Shown here in pieces: positions 9,514 through 17,783 of a DNA stretch of 64,000 nt; within the stretch, counting starts at the first letter, position 1; every line of letters starts with the position of its first letter. Origin of the DNA: a virus; the IMG/VR virus record IMGVR_UViG_3300029210_000253; one strand, 5' to 3'. The translations under genes were made by a program, and so were the position numbers. The notes under the pieces were generated by a model. The model saw only the letters and a list, made by a program, of their open reading frames with translations. It was not told where the DNA came from and did not search any database.

Positions 9514-9867
9514 ATGATGATTGCAGGTATGTATGATGTTGAAGACGAAGTTTATTATTATACAAATAATTTTGTCGATTTCTATGATAAAAATGAGAAT
9601 AAAATACCAGAGGAAGAATTAAAAGAATGGGCTATGTTTCTGAATAGCCCTTGGAGAGAAAAAGGTGAGAAATACGTTACAAGACGTACAAACATCATTT
9701 GGGGTGAAGAACATCTATGGGAAACATGTTATAGGGTAATGAGTCGTGATTTTGGTTGCTCTAGTATCCTTGGCTATGGCGATACACCAAGAGAGTCTTT
9801 CGAAAATTGTGTCTCTAATTTTGCAAAGGTACAAGAGAAATACAATTCAGAAGGAAAGCAATTTTGA
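9514..9867 (+). CDS. hypothetical protein
   Basis: TTAGGAGAA RBS. Confidence 0.5.
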   Translation: MMIAGMYDVEDEVYYYTNNFVDFYDKNENKIPEEELKEWAMFLNSPWREKGEKYVTRRTNIIWGEEHLWETCYRVMSRDFGCSSILGYGDTPRESFENCVSNFAKVQEKYNSEGKQF

Positions 9868-9878
9868 GGTGAAAAGCA

Positions 9879-10157
9879 ATGTATGTAGAGAATATTGTAA
9901 TAGGAAAGCCGGTTGTAGAGCCACAGCATTTATTTGCTTTAGACGAAGATGACTGGAATAGAGTAGAAAAAGAGAAAACTTATTATACAGAAGAGCGTTT
10001 CTTGCCAAGAATTCTTGTGGACATTGGTATCTATCCATCTATTAGTGAGATTCGTAGAAATAAGCCGCAGCTGGTGATCAACTTAGACCATATGGATTTT
10101 ATGGATGGATTAAAGGTAAGTAAGAAACGAAAATTATGGATTGCGATTGGAGAATAA
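9879..10157 (+). CDS. hypothetical protein
   Basis: GAGGTGAAAAG RBS. Confidence 0.5.
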   Translation: MYVENIVIGKPVVEPQHLFALDEDDWNRVEKEKTYYTEERFLPRILVDIGIYPSISEIRRNKPQLVINLDHMDFMDGLKVSKKRKLWIAIGE

Positions 10158-10161
10158 GCTT

Positions 10162-10689
10162 ATGAAGACGTTAATTGTTATAGATATGCAGAACGATTTT
10201 ATTACAGGACCATTGGGAACGACAGAAGCACGAGCAATCGTACCGAATGTAAAGAAGAAGGTTGAAGAATATCGAAAGAACGGATATAAAATTATTTTTA
10301 CAAGAGATACGCATGGAATGTTCTATCTTGATACAGCTGAAGGAAAGAAACTTCCTGTTGAGCATTGCATTAAAGATACAGATGGTTGGCAGATTGGAAT
10401 TGAAGTTACACCAGACAATTATAAGTTTATAGATAAAACTTCTTTTGGATATGCAGATTGGAAAGAAATCTTTCCAGATTATTATTATAAATCAGGAAAC
10501 GATAAAATAGAGTTAATTGGCGTATGTAGTGATATCTGTGTGATCTCGAATGCACTTATCCTTAAAGCTACTTATCCAGAAGTTGATATTACTGTAGATG
10601 CAAGCTGTTGTGCAGGTTCTACACCAGAGAAACATAAAGCTGCATTGGATGTCATGAAAAGCTGCCAGATTAATGTGATTGGAGAATAA
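10162..10689 (+). CDS. pncA: isochorismatase-family cysteine hydrolase, nicotinamidase/pyrazinamidase-like
   Basis: N-terminal KTLIVIDMQNDF and catalytic-Cys motif GVCSDICV. Start moved to ATG 10162 behind TGGAGAATAA (track 10141). Confidence 0.75.
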   Translation: MKTLIVIDMQNDFITGPLGTTEARAIVPNVKKKVEEYRKNGYKIIFTRDTHGMFYLDTAEGKKLPVEHCIKDTDGWQIGIEVTPDNYKFIDKTSFGYADWKEIFPDYYYKSGNDKIELIGVCSDICVISNALILKATYPEVDITVDASCCAGSTPEKHKAALDVMKSCQINVIGE

Positions 10690-10861
10690 TATTATAGATC
10701 TTGTAGGATATTGGTTAATGACATTAGTTGTAACAATTTTTGTCGTAATTATATTTGGTTATGATTTAGACTTTAAAGAAAAAGCAAAAATGTGTCTGTG
10801 CGAGGCACTTCTAATGGCAATGCTGATTATTGCAGTATGGTTAATGATAGGTGGGAAATAA
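10679..10861 (+). CDS. small two-TM membrane protein
   Basis: Hydrophobic 60-aa ORF; start ambiguous (TTG 10679 or ATG 10724). Confidence 0.4.
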   Translation: MENNIIDLVGYWLMTLVVTIFVVIIFGYDLDFKEKAKMCLCEALLMAMLIIAVWLMIGGK

Positions 10862-10862
10862 G

Positions 10863-11030
10863 ATGACAGATGATAAACCATTCGATAAAGAATTATTCTA
10901 TCGTTTATGTGAGAAATATAATGTAGAGCTTTCCGATAAGTACGATAAACCAATGATAAAAGAATCTGATGGTACAGTAAGGTCATTAACCGATAAAGAT
11001 GTTTTAAATATATTGGAGGTAAACAGATGA
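10863..11030 (+). CDS. small protein (55 aa)
   Basis: ATG 10863; stop overlaps the next start (ATGA at 11027-11030). Confidence 0.4.
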   Translation: MTDDKPFDKELFYRLCEKYNVELSDKYDKPMIKESDGTVRSLTDKDVLNILEVNR

Positions 11031-11761
11031 GATTCAAAGGAGATATTATCATTACTGATCCATGTTATATCTGTAAAGAAAAAGAGCTGGTTGGAGAATA
11101 TCCTAAAAGAGATGATTATTTTATCTATGGGACAGATATTGAAAAGTATCCTGATGCAGTGAGAGAAGTAATTGATATTAGCAAAGAATGTTCAGAAATG
11201 GTAAAGGTATTAGAACAGTTAGATAAAGCTTTGGGCCATACAGATCCTGAATATCGTAAGAAACATTCAAGAACACATTTTGTATCTAAGATATATGAAG
11301 AATGCAATAAAAAATATAAAGAGGCATTAGATGAATATTATGAATTGAATGAGGATGATTGGGAAAAGTCTAATTTAGGTGAAAATATGGAAGTCCTTGG
11401 AATCAATACGTATATTAGTCGTGATACTTTATATGGTGATTGGAGTTGTACAACTTATAACTCTGACACCAAAGAGAAACTTGGAGAATTTTGCGCTGAT
11501 GTAGGTGGGGTGGCAGTATTTCTTCTGGATGAAGTTCTGAAATATAATCCAGATTATGATGATCATATTGCTAAACCATGGACAACTACTTTGATTAAAG
11601 ATTTTGATGGAGAAGTAAATTTTGAAATCATTCACGATGAAGTTAGTGTAATTGGTAAAGGAAATATTAATTTCGAGACACATCAGACAGGATTTTATGA
11701 GAAGATTCGCACAAACTCTTACTTTGTTGATAAATGGGTGCATTTCGTCAGAAAGGCATGA
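11027..11761 (+). CDS. hypothetical protein (244 aa)
   Basis: TTGGAGGTAAACAG RBS. Confidence 0.55.
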   Translation: MRFKGDIIITDPCYICKEKELVGEYPKRDDYFIYGTDIEKYPDAVREVIDISKECSEMVKVLEQLDKALGHTDPEYRKKHSRTHFVSKIYEECNKKYKEALDEYYELNEDDWEKSNLGENMEVLGINTYISRDTLYGDWSCTTYNSDTKEKLGEFCADVGGVAVFLLDEVLKYNPDYDDHIAKPWTTTLIKDFDGEVNFEIIHDEVSVIGKGNINFETHQTGFYEKIRTNSYFVDKWVHFVRKA

Positions 11762-11966
11762 GACCTGTATTGCATGGTAAAGTTAGAAAGGTAGACGATT
11801 CTGGCCTTTGTATGATTAGAGGTAAAAGAGCAAAAATACGATTTGCCAATGTAGATGATATAATTGGTATCTATGATAAAAAGTCTGATTGTTATGCAGT
11901 TAAATAAAATTTCTTGAAGCAGATCGCTTAAAATTTCCATAAATAAGAGAATAAATAGGTGAATAT

Positions 11967-12998
11967 ATGATTGATGAGATTAAGAAAAAAGTCAGTAGTG
12001 GAGAATATGATTTTCTAAGAACCAATGAGCATCTTGGAAAGAATATTATTCTTCTTGGTTTGGGTGGTAGTTATGCCTATAGCACTAATGTAGAGAATTC
12101 GGACTTGGATTGCCGCGGCTGTGCCTTAAATAGCAAGATGGATATTTTGACTAATCAGAATTTTGAACAGTTCGTAAATGAACAGACTGATACAACAATA
12201 TATTCGTTCAATAAGTTAGTTTCGTTATTACTGAATGTAAATCCTAATACTATTGAGTTGTTAGGATTAAAGCCTGAGCATTATTTATACGTAACATCGA
12301 TTGGTCAGGAATTATTAGATAATGCCCATTTATTTTTATCCAGGAAAGCTGTGTATTCTTTTGGTGGTTATGCGAACCAGCAGCTTCGGCGTTTAAGTAA
12401 TAAGGCGGCAAGAGTAGTAGGGCAAGAAGAAAGAGAACAACATATTCTCAATAGTATTATGAATGCCGTATATACATTTCCTAGCAAATATGCTTATTAT
12501 CCAGAAGATTCACTTAAGCTCTATATTGATAAGTCAGATAAAGAAGATTATAATACAGAAATTTTCATGGATATGAATTTTAAACATTATCCACTGAGAG
12601 ATTATAAAGCAATGTGGTCTGAAATGAACTGTGTAGTAAAAGATTATGCGAAGATTGGGAAGCGTAATCAGAATGCTATCGAACATGGAAAACTAGGAAA
12701 ACACATGATGCATTTAGTTCGTCTTTATTATATGTGTTTTGACATTTTAGAGAATGAAAAAATTGTTACATACAGAGGAAAAGAACATGACTTATTGATG
12801 GATATTCGCAATGGTAAATATCTGGACGGTAACGATCAGCCGATTCCTGAATTTTATGAGTTGGTGGATGAGTTGGATAAAAGATTAGCTTATGATAAGA
12901 AAAATACTTCTTTACCAGAGAATCCTGATTATAATGCAGTAAATGAATTTATGGCAAGTGTTAATGAGAGAGTTGTAAAAGGAGAAATTAAATGTTAG
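11967..12998 (+). CDS. Pol-beta-superfamily nucleotidyltransferase
   Basis: GS-x9-SDLD motif in LGLGGSYAYSTNVENSDLDCRG, typical of minimal nucleotidyltransferases. Confidence 0.5.
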   Translation: MIDEIKKKVSSGEYDFLRTNEHLGKNIILLGLGGSYAYSTNVENSDLDCRGCALNSKMDILTNQNFEQFVNEQTDTTIYSFNKLVSLLLNVNPNTIELLGLKPEHYLYVTSIGQELLDNAHLFLSRKAVYSFGGYANQQLRRLSNKAARVVGQEEREQHILNSIMNAVYTFPSKYAYYPEDSLKLYIDKSDKEDYNTEIFMDMNFKHYPLRDYKAMWSEMNCVVKDYAKIGKRNQNAIEHGKLGKHMMHLVRLYYMCFDILENEKIVTYRGKEHDLLMDIRNGKYLDGNDQPIPEFYELVDELDKRLAYDKKNTSLPENPDYNAVNEFMASVNERVVKGEIKC

Positions 12999-13188
12999 AA
13001 GGTATAATTTACGGTCTAATAACTGCATGGATTTTAACATGGTTTGATGTAGATGAGATTTTTATTGACGCTTTAAAAATGTTTTGCCTAGTATTCCATT
13101 AAATACAAATCATTTTTATGTTGTTTGCGCAATTATAGGCTGCGCTAATGGTTTGATTAGCAATTTAAAGTAAAAGGAGAATAACAAG

Positions 13189-13413
13189 ATGAAAGAATTT
13201 AGAGTCACACAGGATGCAAATTATGTACAGGGCTATTTGAAGTATGGACACAGAGAAGGGATTATCGAAGCAGAATCAAAAGAAGACGCTTTAGACAAGT
13301 TAAGAAATGACAGTTATACAGATTATCTCGATTTTGTGCTGGATGATTATAGTTTAGAGGATGCAGACTATGATGATCAGCCGTTTGAAATCGAAGAGAT
13401 TGAGGAAGAATAA
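13189..13413 (+). CDS. hypothetical acidic protein
   Basis: AAAGGAGAATAAC RBS. Confidence 0.5.
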   Translation: MKEFRVTQDANYVQGYLKYGHREGIIEAESKEDALDKLRNDSYTDYLDFVLDDYSLEDADYDDQPFEIEEIEEE

Positions 13414-13592
13414 TGTGGATAAAAGATATAAAATACGAAGGTCTTGGAATCTACAGGATAGATATGCAGCCTAATAATGGAATCATTATTAAATTTGAAG
13501 CGAATAATATACAAAATTGCAAAGAACAATTCATAAAAGAAATAAGTCGCGATTTTGATATTATAGTAGATCAAAAATTGAAAGAAATTTGA
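13413..13592 (+). CDS. small protein (59 aa)
   Basis: TAATG overlap with the upstream stop; fills an inter-ORF gap. Confidence 0.35.
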   Translation: MWIKDIKYEGLGIYRIDMQPNNGIIIKFEANNIQNCKEQFIKEISRDFDIIVDQKLKEI

Positions 13593-13625
13593 AATTTTGT
13601 TTTCATACGAAAGGAGAATAACGAT

Positions 13626-14213
13626 ATGAAAGTAACACTTGAGTTGGATAATCTTGAGAATATAGTACAGACAACATTAGAAAAAAATCTTGAAAATGTT
13701 GTAAAAGAACAGATTGCTGATATTGTAAAAAAGACTGCTGATAATTTAATGAAAGATACTATCAATGCACAGGTTTCTGAGAATTTCCAGCACTTTGTTG
13801 ACGAGTATATTACAACAAAGAAAATTAAGATAGGCGGATCTTATTGGGATAATGAACCTGAGCAGGAATATACAGTAGAGCAGTATATTAAGCAGCAGCT
13901 GAAGGAAAAGTTAGATTCGAAAAAACTAAAATTAAAGAAGCAGGATAGTTACGGTCGTTATACAAATAATTACGAAGAAGTAAGCTTTGAGACATATATT
14001 TCTCGTCAGTTTGATCCTTCTGAAGAAATTAAAAAAGAATTAGATACATTTATGGATGATATTCGTAAACAGGTAAATACAACAATGAAAGAAACTTTTG
14101 ATAATTCTACCAAGTCCATGTTGTCTAATGCTGTTTTAAGTATTCTCAGCGCAAATGATACATACAGACAGATTGAGAACAATATTAAATGCATCGCAGA
14201 TAAACAGGCGTAA
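13626..14213 (+). CDS. hypothetical protein (195 aa)
   Basis: GAAAGGAGAATAAC RBS. Confidence 0.55.
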   Translation: MKVTLELDNLENIVQTTLEKNLENVVKEQIADIVKKTADNLMKDTINAQVSENFQHFVDEYITTKKIKIGGSYWDNEPEQEYTVEQYIKQQLKEKLDSKKLKLKKQDSYGRYTNNYEEVSFETYISRQFDPSEEIKKELDTFMDDIRKQVNTTMKETFDNSTKSMLSNAVLSILSANDTYRQIENNIKCIADKQA

Positions 14214-14216
14214 GAT

Positions 14217-14390
14217 ATGGAAAAAGAAGTTTTTGAAAACGATTGGGAAGACTGTGAATATTGTAAATGTTCATATTATGAATATGATACTGGTTATAGT
14301 GAATATGAGTGTTTGTTAGATAACAAAGATTGTTTTGGTGGTGAATTAGAATTTGGTTGTCCATTATCATTCAAATACATAGTTGAGTAG
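14217..14390 (+). CDS. small Cys-rich protein (57 aa, 8 Cys)
   Basis: ATG 14217 immediately after the upstream stop. Confidence 0.4.
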   Translation: MEKEVFENDWEDCEYCKCSYYEYDTGYSEYECLLDNKDCFGGELEFGCPLSFKYIVE

Positions 14391-14457
14391 AGAATAATTC
14401 TATAGAATATCATGAGTATTTCGCTCAGAAATCCAATATAAAACAATTAAATAGAGG

Positions 14458-14826
14458 GTGAATATGAAAATAGAAGCAATATCTACTCGCAGTCAGAAGA
14501 AAGAGTACGAATGGCTTTGCGTAGAAAGTAGCGTCCATTTTGACTGGAACGGATGTTTCTGCAGAAAACCATTTATGTATCTAATTGTTTGGAAAGATAA
14601 GTATTTTTCAGAGAAGCAATATGTTATCCAGGTGTCAGTTTTGGACTATGATGATTATTTTGTTGGATGTGCTTATTATCCTGGTCAGGATCGATTTACA
14701 GAGGTTTTACATGAAATCATTAACTGGATGAATGATTTGGAACATGGCGTTGTCGACTATAGAGAATATGTAAAAGACTGTGAAGGTTTCTTTCCTGACT
14801 GTGGGTGTGAGAGAGAATTGTATTAA
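14458..14826 (+). CDS. hypothetical protein
   Basis: AGAGGGTGAAT RBS. Confidence 0.5.
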   Translation: MNMKIEAISTRSQKKEYEWLCVESSVHFDWNGCFCRKPFMYLIVWKDKYFSEKQYVIQVSVLDYDDYFVGCAYYPGQDRFTEVLHEIINWMNDLEHGVVDYREYVKDCEGFFPDCGCERELY

Positions 14827-15013
14827 GGAAATTAAATAATGAAAAATAATATAACGAGAGAGGAGAACACCTTATCCTAGTGAAACTAGGTTGCTATCAG
14901 ATTAGTCTGGTGAATGATAGCGTAAAGTAGAACGGAGTGGCTGTGCCTCACTAAGCACTTAATAATGCATCCAAGCCGATTGTTATATTGCCGCGTACCA
15001 AGGATTTTGGTTT
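14827..15013 (+). ncRNA. candidate structured 5' leader or cis-regulatory RNA upstream of the PP-loop enzyme gene
   Basis: ~190-nt ORF-free spacer that is visibly GC-richer than its surroundings. Local hairpins include CCTAG-TGAAA-CTAGG and GTGC-CTCACTAA-GCAC. No family recognised. Confidence 0.25.
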
Positions 15014-15739
15014 GTGGCTGGTGTGAAAGTTTGTTGGTTTAGTACAGGAATTAGTAGTTTTGTAGCATGTTATTTAGCAAAGGACGTAGATGAGATTATT
15101 TATACTCACATTCCTAATCAGCATCCTGATAGTCTGAGATTTCTGCATGATTGCGAGAAACTTCTTGGTAGAAAGATCACAATATTGCAATCTACCAGAT
15201 TTAAAGATGTTGATGATGTGATTATGAAGACTCGTTGTATTAATACACCATATGGTGCGCCTTGTACTAAGTTTTTAAAGAAAGAAGTGCGAAAACAATG
15301 GGAGAAAGAACATCCAGATCACCATATTTATGTATGGGGATATGATATGAATGAGCAGCGTAGAGCTGATCGTTTAGTAAATACCATGACAGATTATGAT
15401 CATGAATTTCCATTAATCGAGAATAAATTTACGAAAGAAGATTGTCATGCATTGGCGAAGAAACTTGGATTAAAGAGACCAATGATGTATGAGTTAGGTT
15501 ATCCTAACAACAATTGCGTTGGATGCGTAAAAGGTGGCATGGGCTACTGGAATAAAATTCGAGTAGATTTCCCCGAAGTTTTTGAACGCAGAGCCAAGGA
15601 GGAAAGAGAAATTGGTCATAGCTGTATCAAAGGTGTATTCCTGGATGAACTTGATCCTAAACGTGGACGTATGGATCTTGAAGTAATGGAAGATTGCGGA
15701 ATCGCATGTCAGTTATTTTCAAGAGAGAATTTAGAGTAA
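15014..15739 (+). CDS. PP-loop ATP-pyrophosphatase-superfamily protein, PAPS-reductase-like
   Basis: N-terminal PP-loop variant VCWFSTGISS and C-terminal CVGCVKGG cysteine cluster. Confidence 0.55.
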   Translation: MAGVKVCWFSTGISSFVACYLAKDVDEIIYTHIPNQHPDSLRFLHDCEKLLGRKITILQSTRFKDVDDVIMKTRCINTPYGAPCTKFLKKEVRKQWEKEHPDHHIYVWGYDMNEQRRADRLVNTMTDYDHEFPLIENKFTKEDCHALAKKLGLKRPMMYELGYPNNNCVGCVKGGMGYWNKIRVDFPEVFERRAKEEREIGHSCIKGVFLDELDPKRGRMDLEVMEDCGIACQLFSRENLE

Positions 15740-15762
15740 TAGAATAGATACAAAAAGGAGAA

Positions 15763-16059
15763 ATGAATATGGGAGAGTATGGACTAAAATTTGCAATATA
15801 TATATTTGAAGATGAACGTTATTATAACATATTATATAGCGATTTTGGCATCAAAATAATTATGCACACAAAAGAAAACGGTCATAATCTCCCGCATGTT
15901 CATATTCAATATCAAGACAAAGAGGCTGTTATTAGTCTAATTGATGGTAGTGTTCTTAAAGGAAATATAAAAAAATCAAGATATAATTACGCAAAAAGAT
16001 ATGTTATAGAAAATAGAGAAGAGCTTTTGCGTAGATATAATGAAATAATTATTGTTTAG
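15763..16059 (+). CDS. DUF4160-family protein
   Basis: HNLPHVHIQYQDKEAVISL...GSVLKG pattern matches DUF4160. Confidence 0.55.
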   Translation: MNMGEYGLKFAIYIFEDERYYNILYSDFGIKIIMHTKENGHNLPHVHIQYQDKEAVISLIDGSVLKGNIKKSRYNYAKRYVIENREELLRRYNEIIIV

Positions 16060-16130
16060 AGAATAACCAACTGAAAGTTTTATTTCATGCGAATTAATGT
16101 AAATACACACAAAACAAAGGTGGTGATGAT

Positions 16131-16529
16131 ATGAAAACAGTAGTACAGACAGAATATCAGGATATTTACAGAGTTGTGGATGGTGTTCTGCTTGTTGTAA
16201 ATAAATTTGAATCGATGTATGTAGAAGGCGTAGAGTATCCAACAGTGTATCCTGTTAATAGAGCTGGTATGAGATCATATAACAAGAATTGCCAGCAGCA
16301 GTTAAAGGTTCTTAAGAATGCGTGGCATTGTAAAGAATCATGGTATGAACCAGCATGGAGCATTCCAGCAGGAACAGTTTTATATAACAGTATGCCGGTT
16401 GTTTCTGTTTCTGATAAAAGCAAGTGGCAATATGAGATTAAAACCACAGGAAATATGTTTAGTGGAAACGCAGTCGAGATTCTTGAGATGTTGCACGATA
16501 TTGAAGCTGTTGTTGGAAATGGAGAATAA
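16131..16529 (+). CDS. hypothetical protein
   Basis: AAAGGTGGTGA RBS; ends GE* inside GGAGAATAA. Confidence 0.5.
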   Translation: MKTVVQTEYQDIYRVVDGVLLVVNKFESMYVEGVEYPTVYPVNRAGMRSYNKNCQQQLKVLKNAWHCKESWYEPAWSIPAGTVLYNSMPVVSVSDKSKWQYEIKTTGNMFSGNAVEILEMLHDIEAVVGNGE

Positions 16530-16533
16530 ATAT

Positions 16534-16806
16534 ATGAAGTTAAAAATTATTTCAGTCAAAGATAAAGCTGGTAATGAGAAAACAGAATTTATGGATGAGT
16601 TAAGAAAAAATCATCCTTCTATGTCTGGCAGGTGGATTTATCCATTTCTTGCCACTCAGGACTTCGGATCATTTCATTTATTATGGGACGATCAGACTGA
16701 TAGATGCTTGGTCACATCTGCAGTAAAGAATCTTATTCAGGCCGATACTAAAGTGGTAGTAACAACACGAAATTCTGTATATGAGTTTGAGATTATTGGA
16801 GAATAA
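16534..16806 (+). CDS. hypothetical protein (90 aa); start ATG 16534, not the track's 16318 extension
   Basis: GGAGAATAAATAT precedes ATG 16534. Confidence 0.5.
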   Translation: MKLKIISVKDKAGNEKTEFMDELRKNHPSMSGRWIYPFLATQDFGSFHLLWDDQTDRCLVTSAVKNLIQADTKVVVTTRNSVYEFEIIGE

Positions 16807-16810
16807 ATAT

Positions 16811-17209
16811 ATGAGAGCAGAAGATACATTGCAGTTCATGATGGATTTCAATGGAAACTTATTTTGGAATCGTCAGAAATGTTTAGATCATTTGTTTTGT
16901 ACGATTGGAAATGGATATGAATGGGAAAACGGTGAGCTTGTAGAGAAAGATTATGATACTAAACAAATGCTTTCTCGTTGGCAGCTTATTGAGCCTGTTA
17001 AATATGCAGAACCAAGATGGTTGACAGTAGAAATTCATGAAATAAAAGATGGAATGCAAAGAAGAGGCTTTAAAGAAAATCCAAAGTGGTATCCATTATC
17101 AAAAGAATATTCTTATCTCTATAATTATCCTGATGATATTAAACCTGACTGGTTGGCGCTGATTAAAGAATGTAAACAGATGCTTATTGCAGATGGTATT
17201 GAAGTCTGA
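16811..17209 (+). CDS. hypothetical protein; start ATG 16811
   Basis: GGAGAATAAATAT precedes ATG 16811. Confidence 0.5.
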   Translation: MRAEDTLQFMMDFNGNLFWNRQKCLDHLFCTIGNGYEWENGELVEKDYDTKQMLSRWQLIEPVKYAEPRWLTVEIHEIKDGMQRRGFKENPKWYPLSKEYSYLYNYPDDIKPDWLALIKECKQMLIADGIEV

Positions 17210-17229
17210 AATATAAAAGGAGAAATTTT

Positions 17230-17493
17230 ATGGATAAACATAATTTTATTTTATCAAGAGTAGATAAAACTAATGGCCACGAAGATTATTGGTTTAAAAC
17301 AGACAAAATCTCAGATGAGGAGTTATCAAAAGATCATATGGAACAATGTATGATTGGGGTTACAGAAGTGGTTTATTCAAAAGATGAAGATATTGTTGGA
17401 ATCAAAAGATTGTTTCCTTTTAATTTCGATGTTGTTTTATTGAATGATGAAAATTTAAAAGCCATTTTAAAAGAAATAATTGATGAAAAATAA
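17230..17493 (+). CDS. hypothetical protein
   Basis: AAAAGGAGAAA RBS. Confidence 0.5.
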   Translation: MDKHNFILSRVDKTNGHEDYWFKTDKISDEELSKDHMEQCMIGVTEVVYSKDEDIVGIKRLFPFNFDVVLLNDENLKAILKEIIDEK

Positions 17494-17532
17494 AATTAAA
17501 TGATCGTTTCATCAGAGAGGTGGTGAGGATGT

Positions 17533-17758
17533 ATGATGGAAGATATTTGCTTTTTTTAAATCATGGTTATCTGTAGGTTTTGTATCAATGTTGTTGATGC
17601 AAGCTTATATGTATAGAAAAGTAGATTTTTCTATAAAATACATAACTAAAGACTTTTTAGTAGATTCAATTGTTATGACATGTTTGGGTTATATTATGGC
17701 ATTAATCTTGTTTATAAGAACATTTAGTGATTTTCTTGATTGGTTATTTTATTTTTAA
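17533..17758 (+). CDS. small membrane protein, continuous only if one T is removed from a T7 tract (MMEDICFF | KSWLSVGFVSMLLMQ...); otherwise a 56-aa ORF from ATG 17588
   Basis: GGTGAGGA RBS before ATGATG at 17533. Frame stops at TAA immediately after a T7 run; the +1 frame continues as a hydrophobic ORF to 17758. Confidence 0.3.
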
Positions 17759-17783
17759 TATATAAAAAGAAAGGATAAAACAA

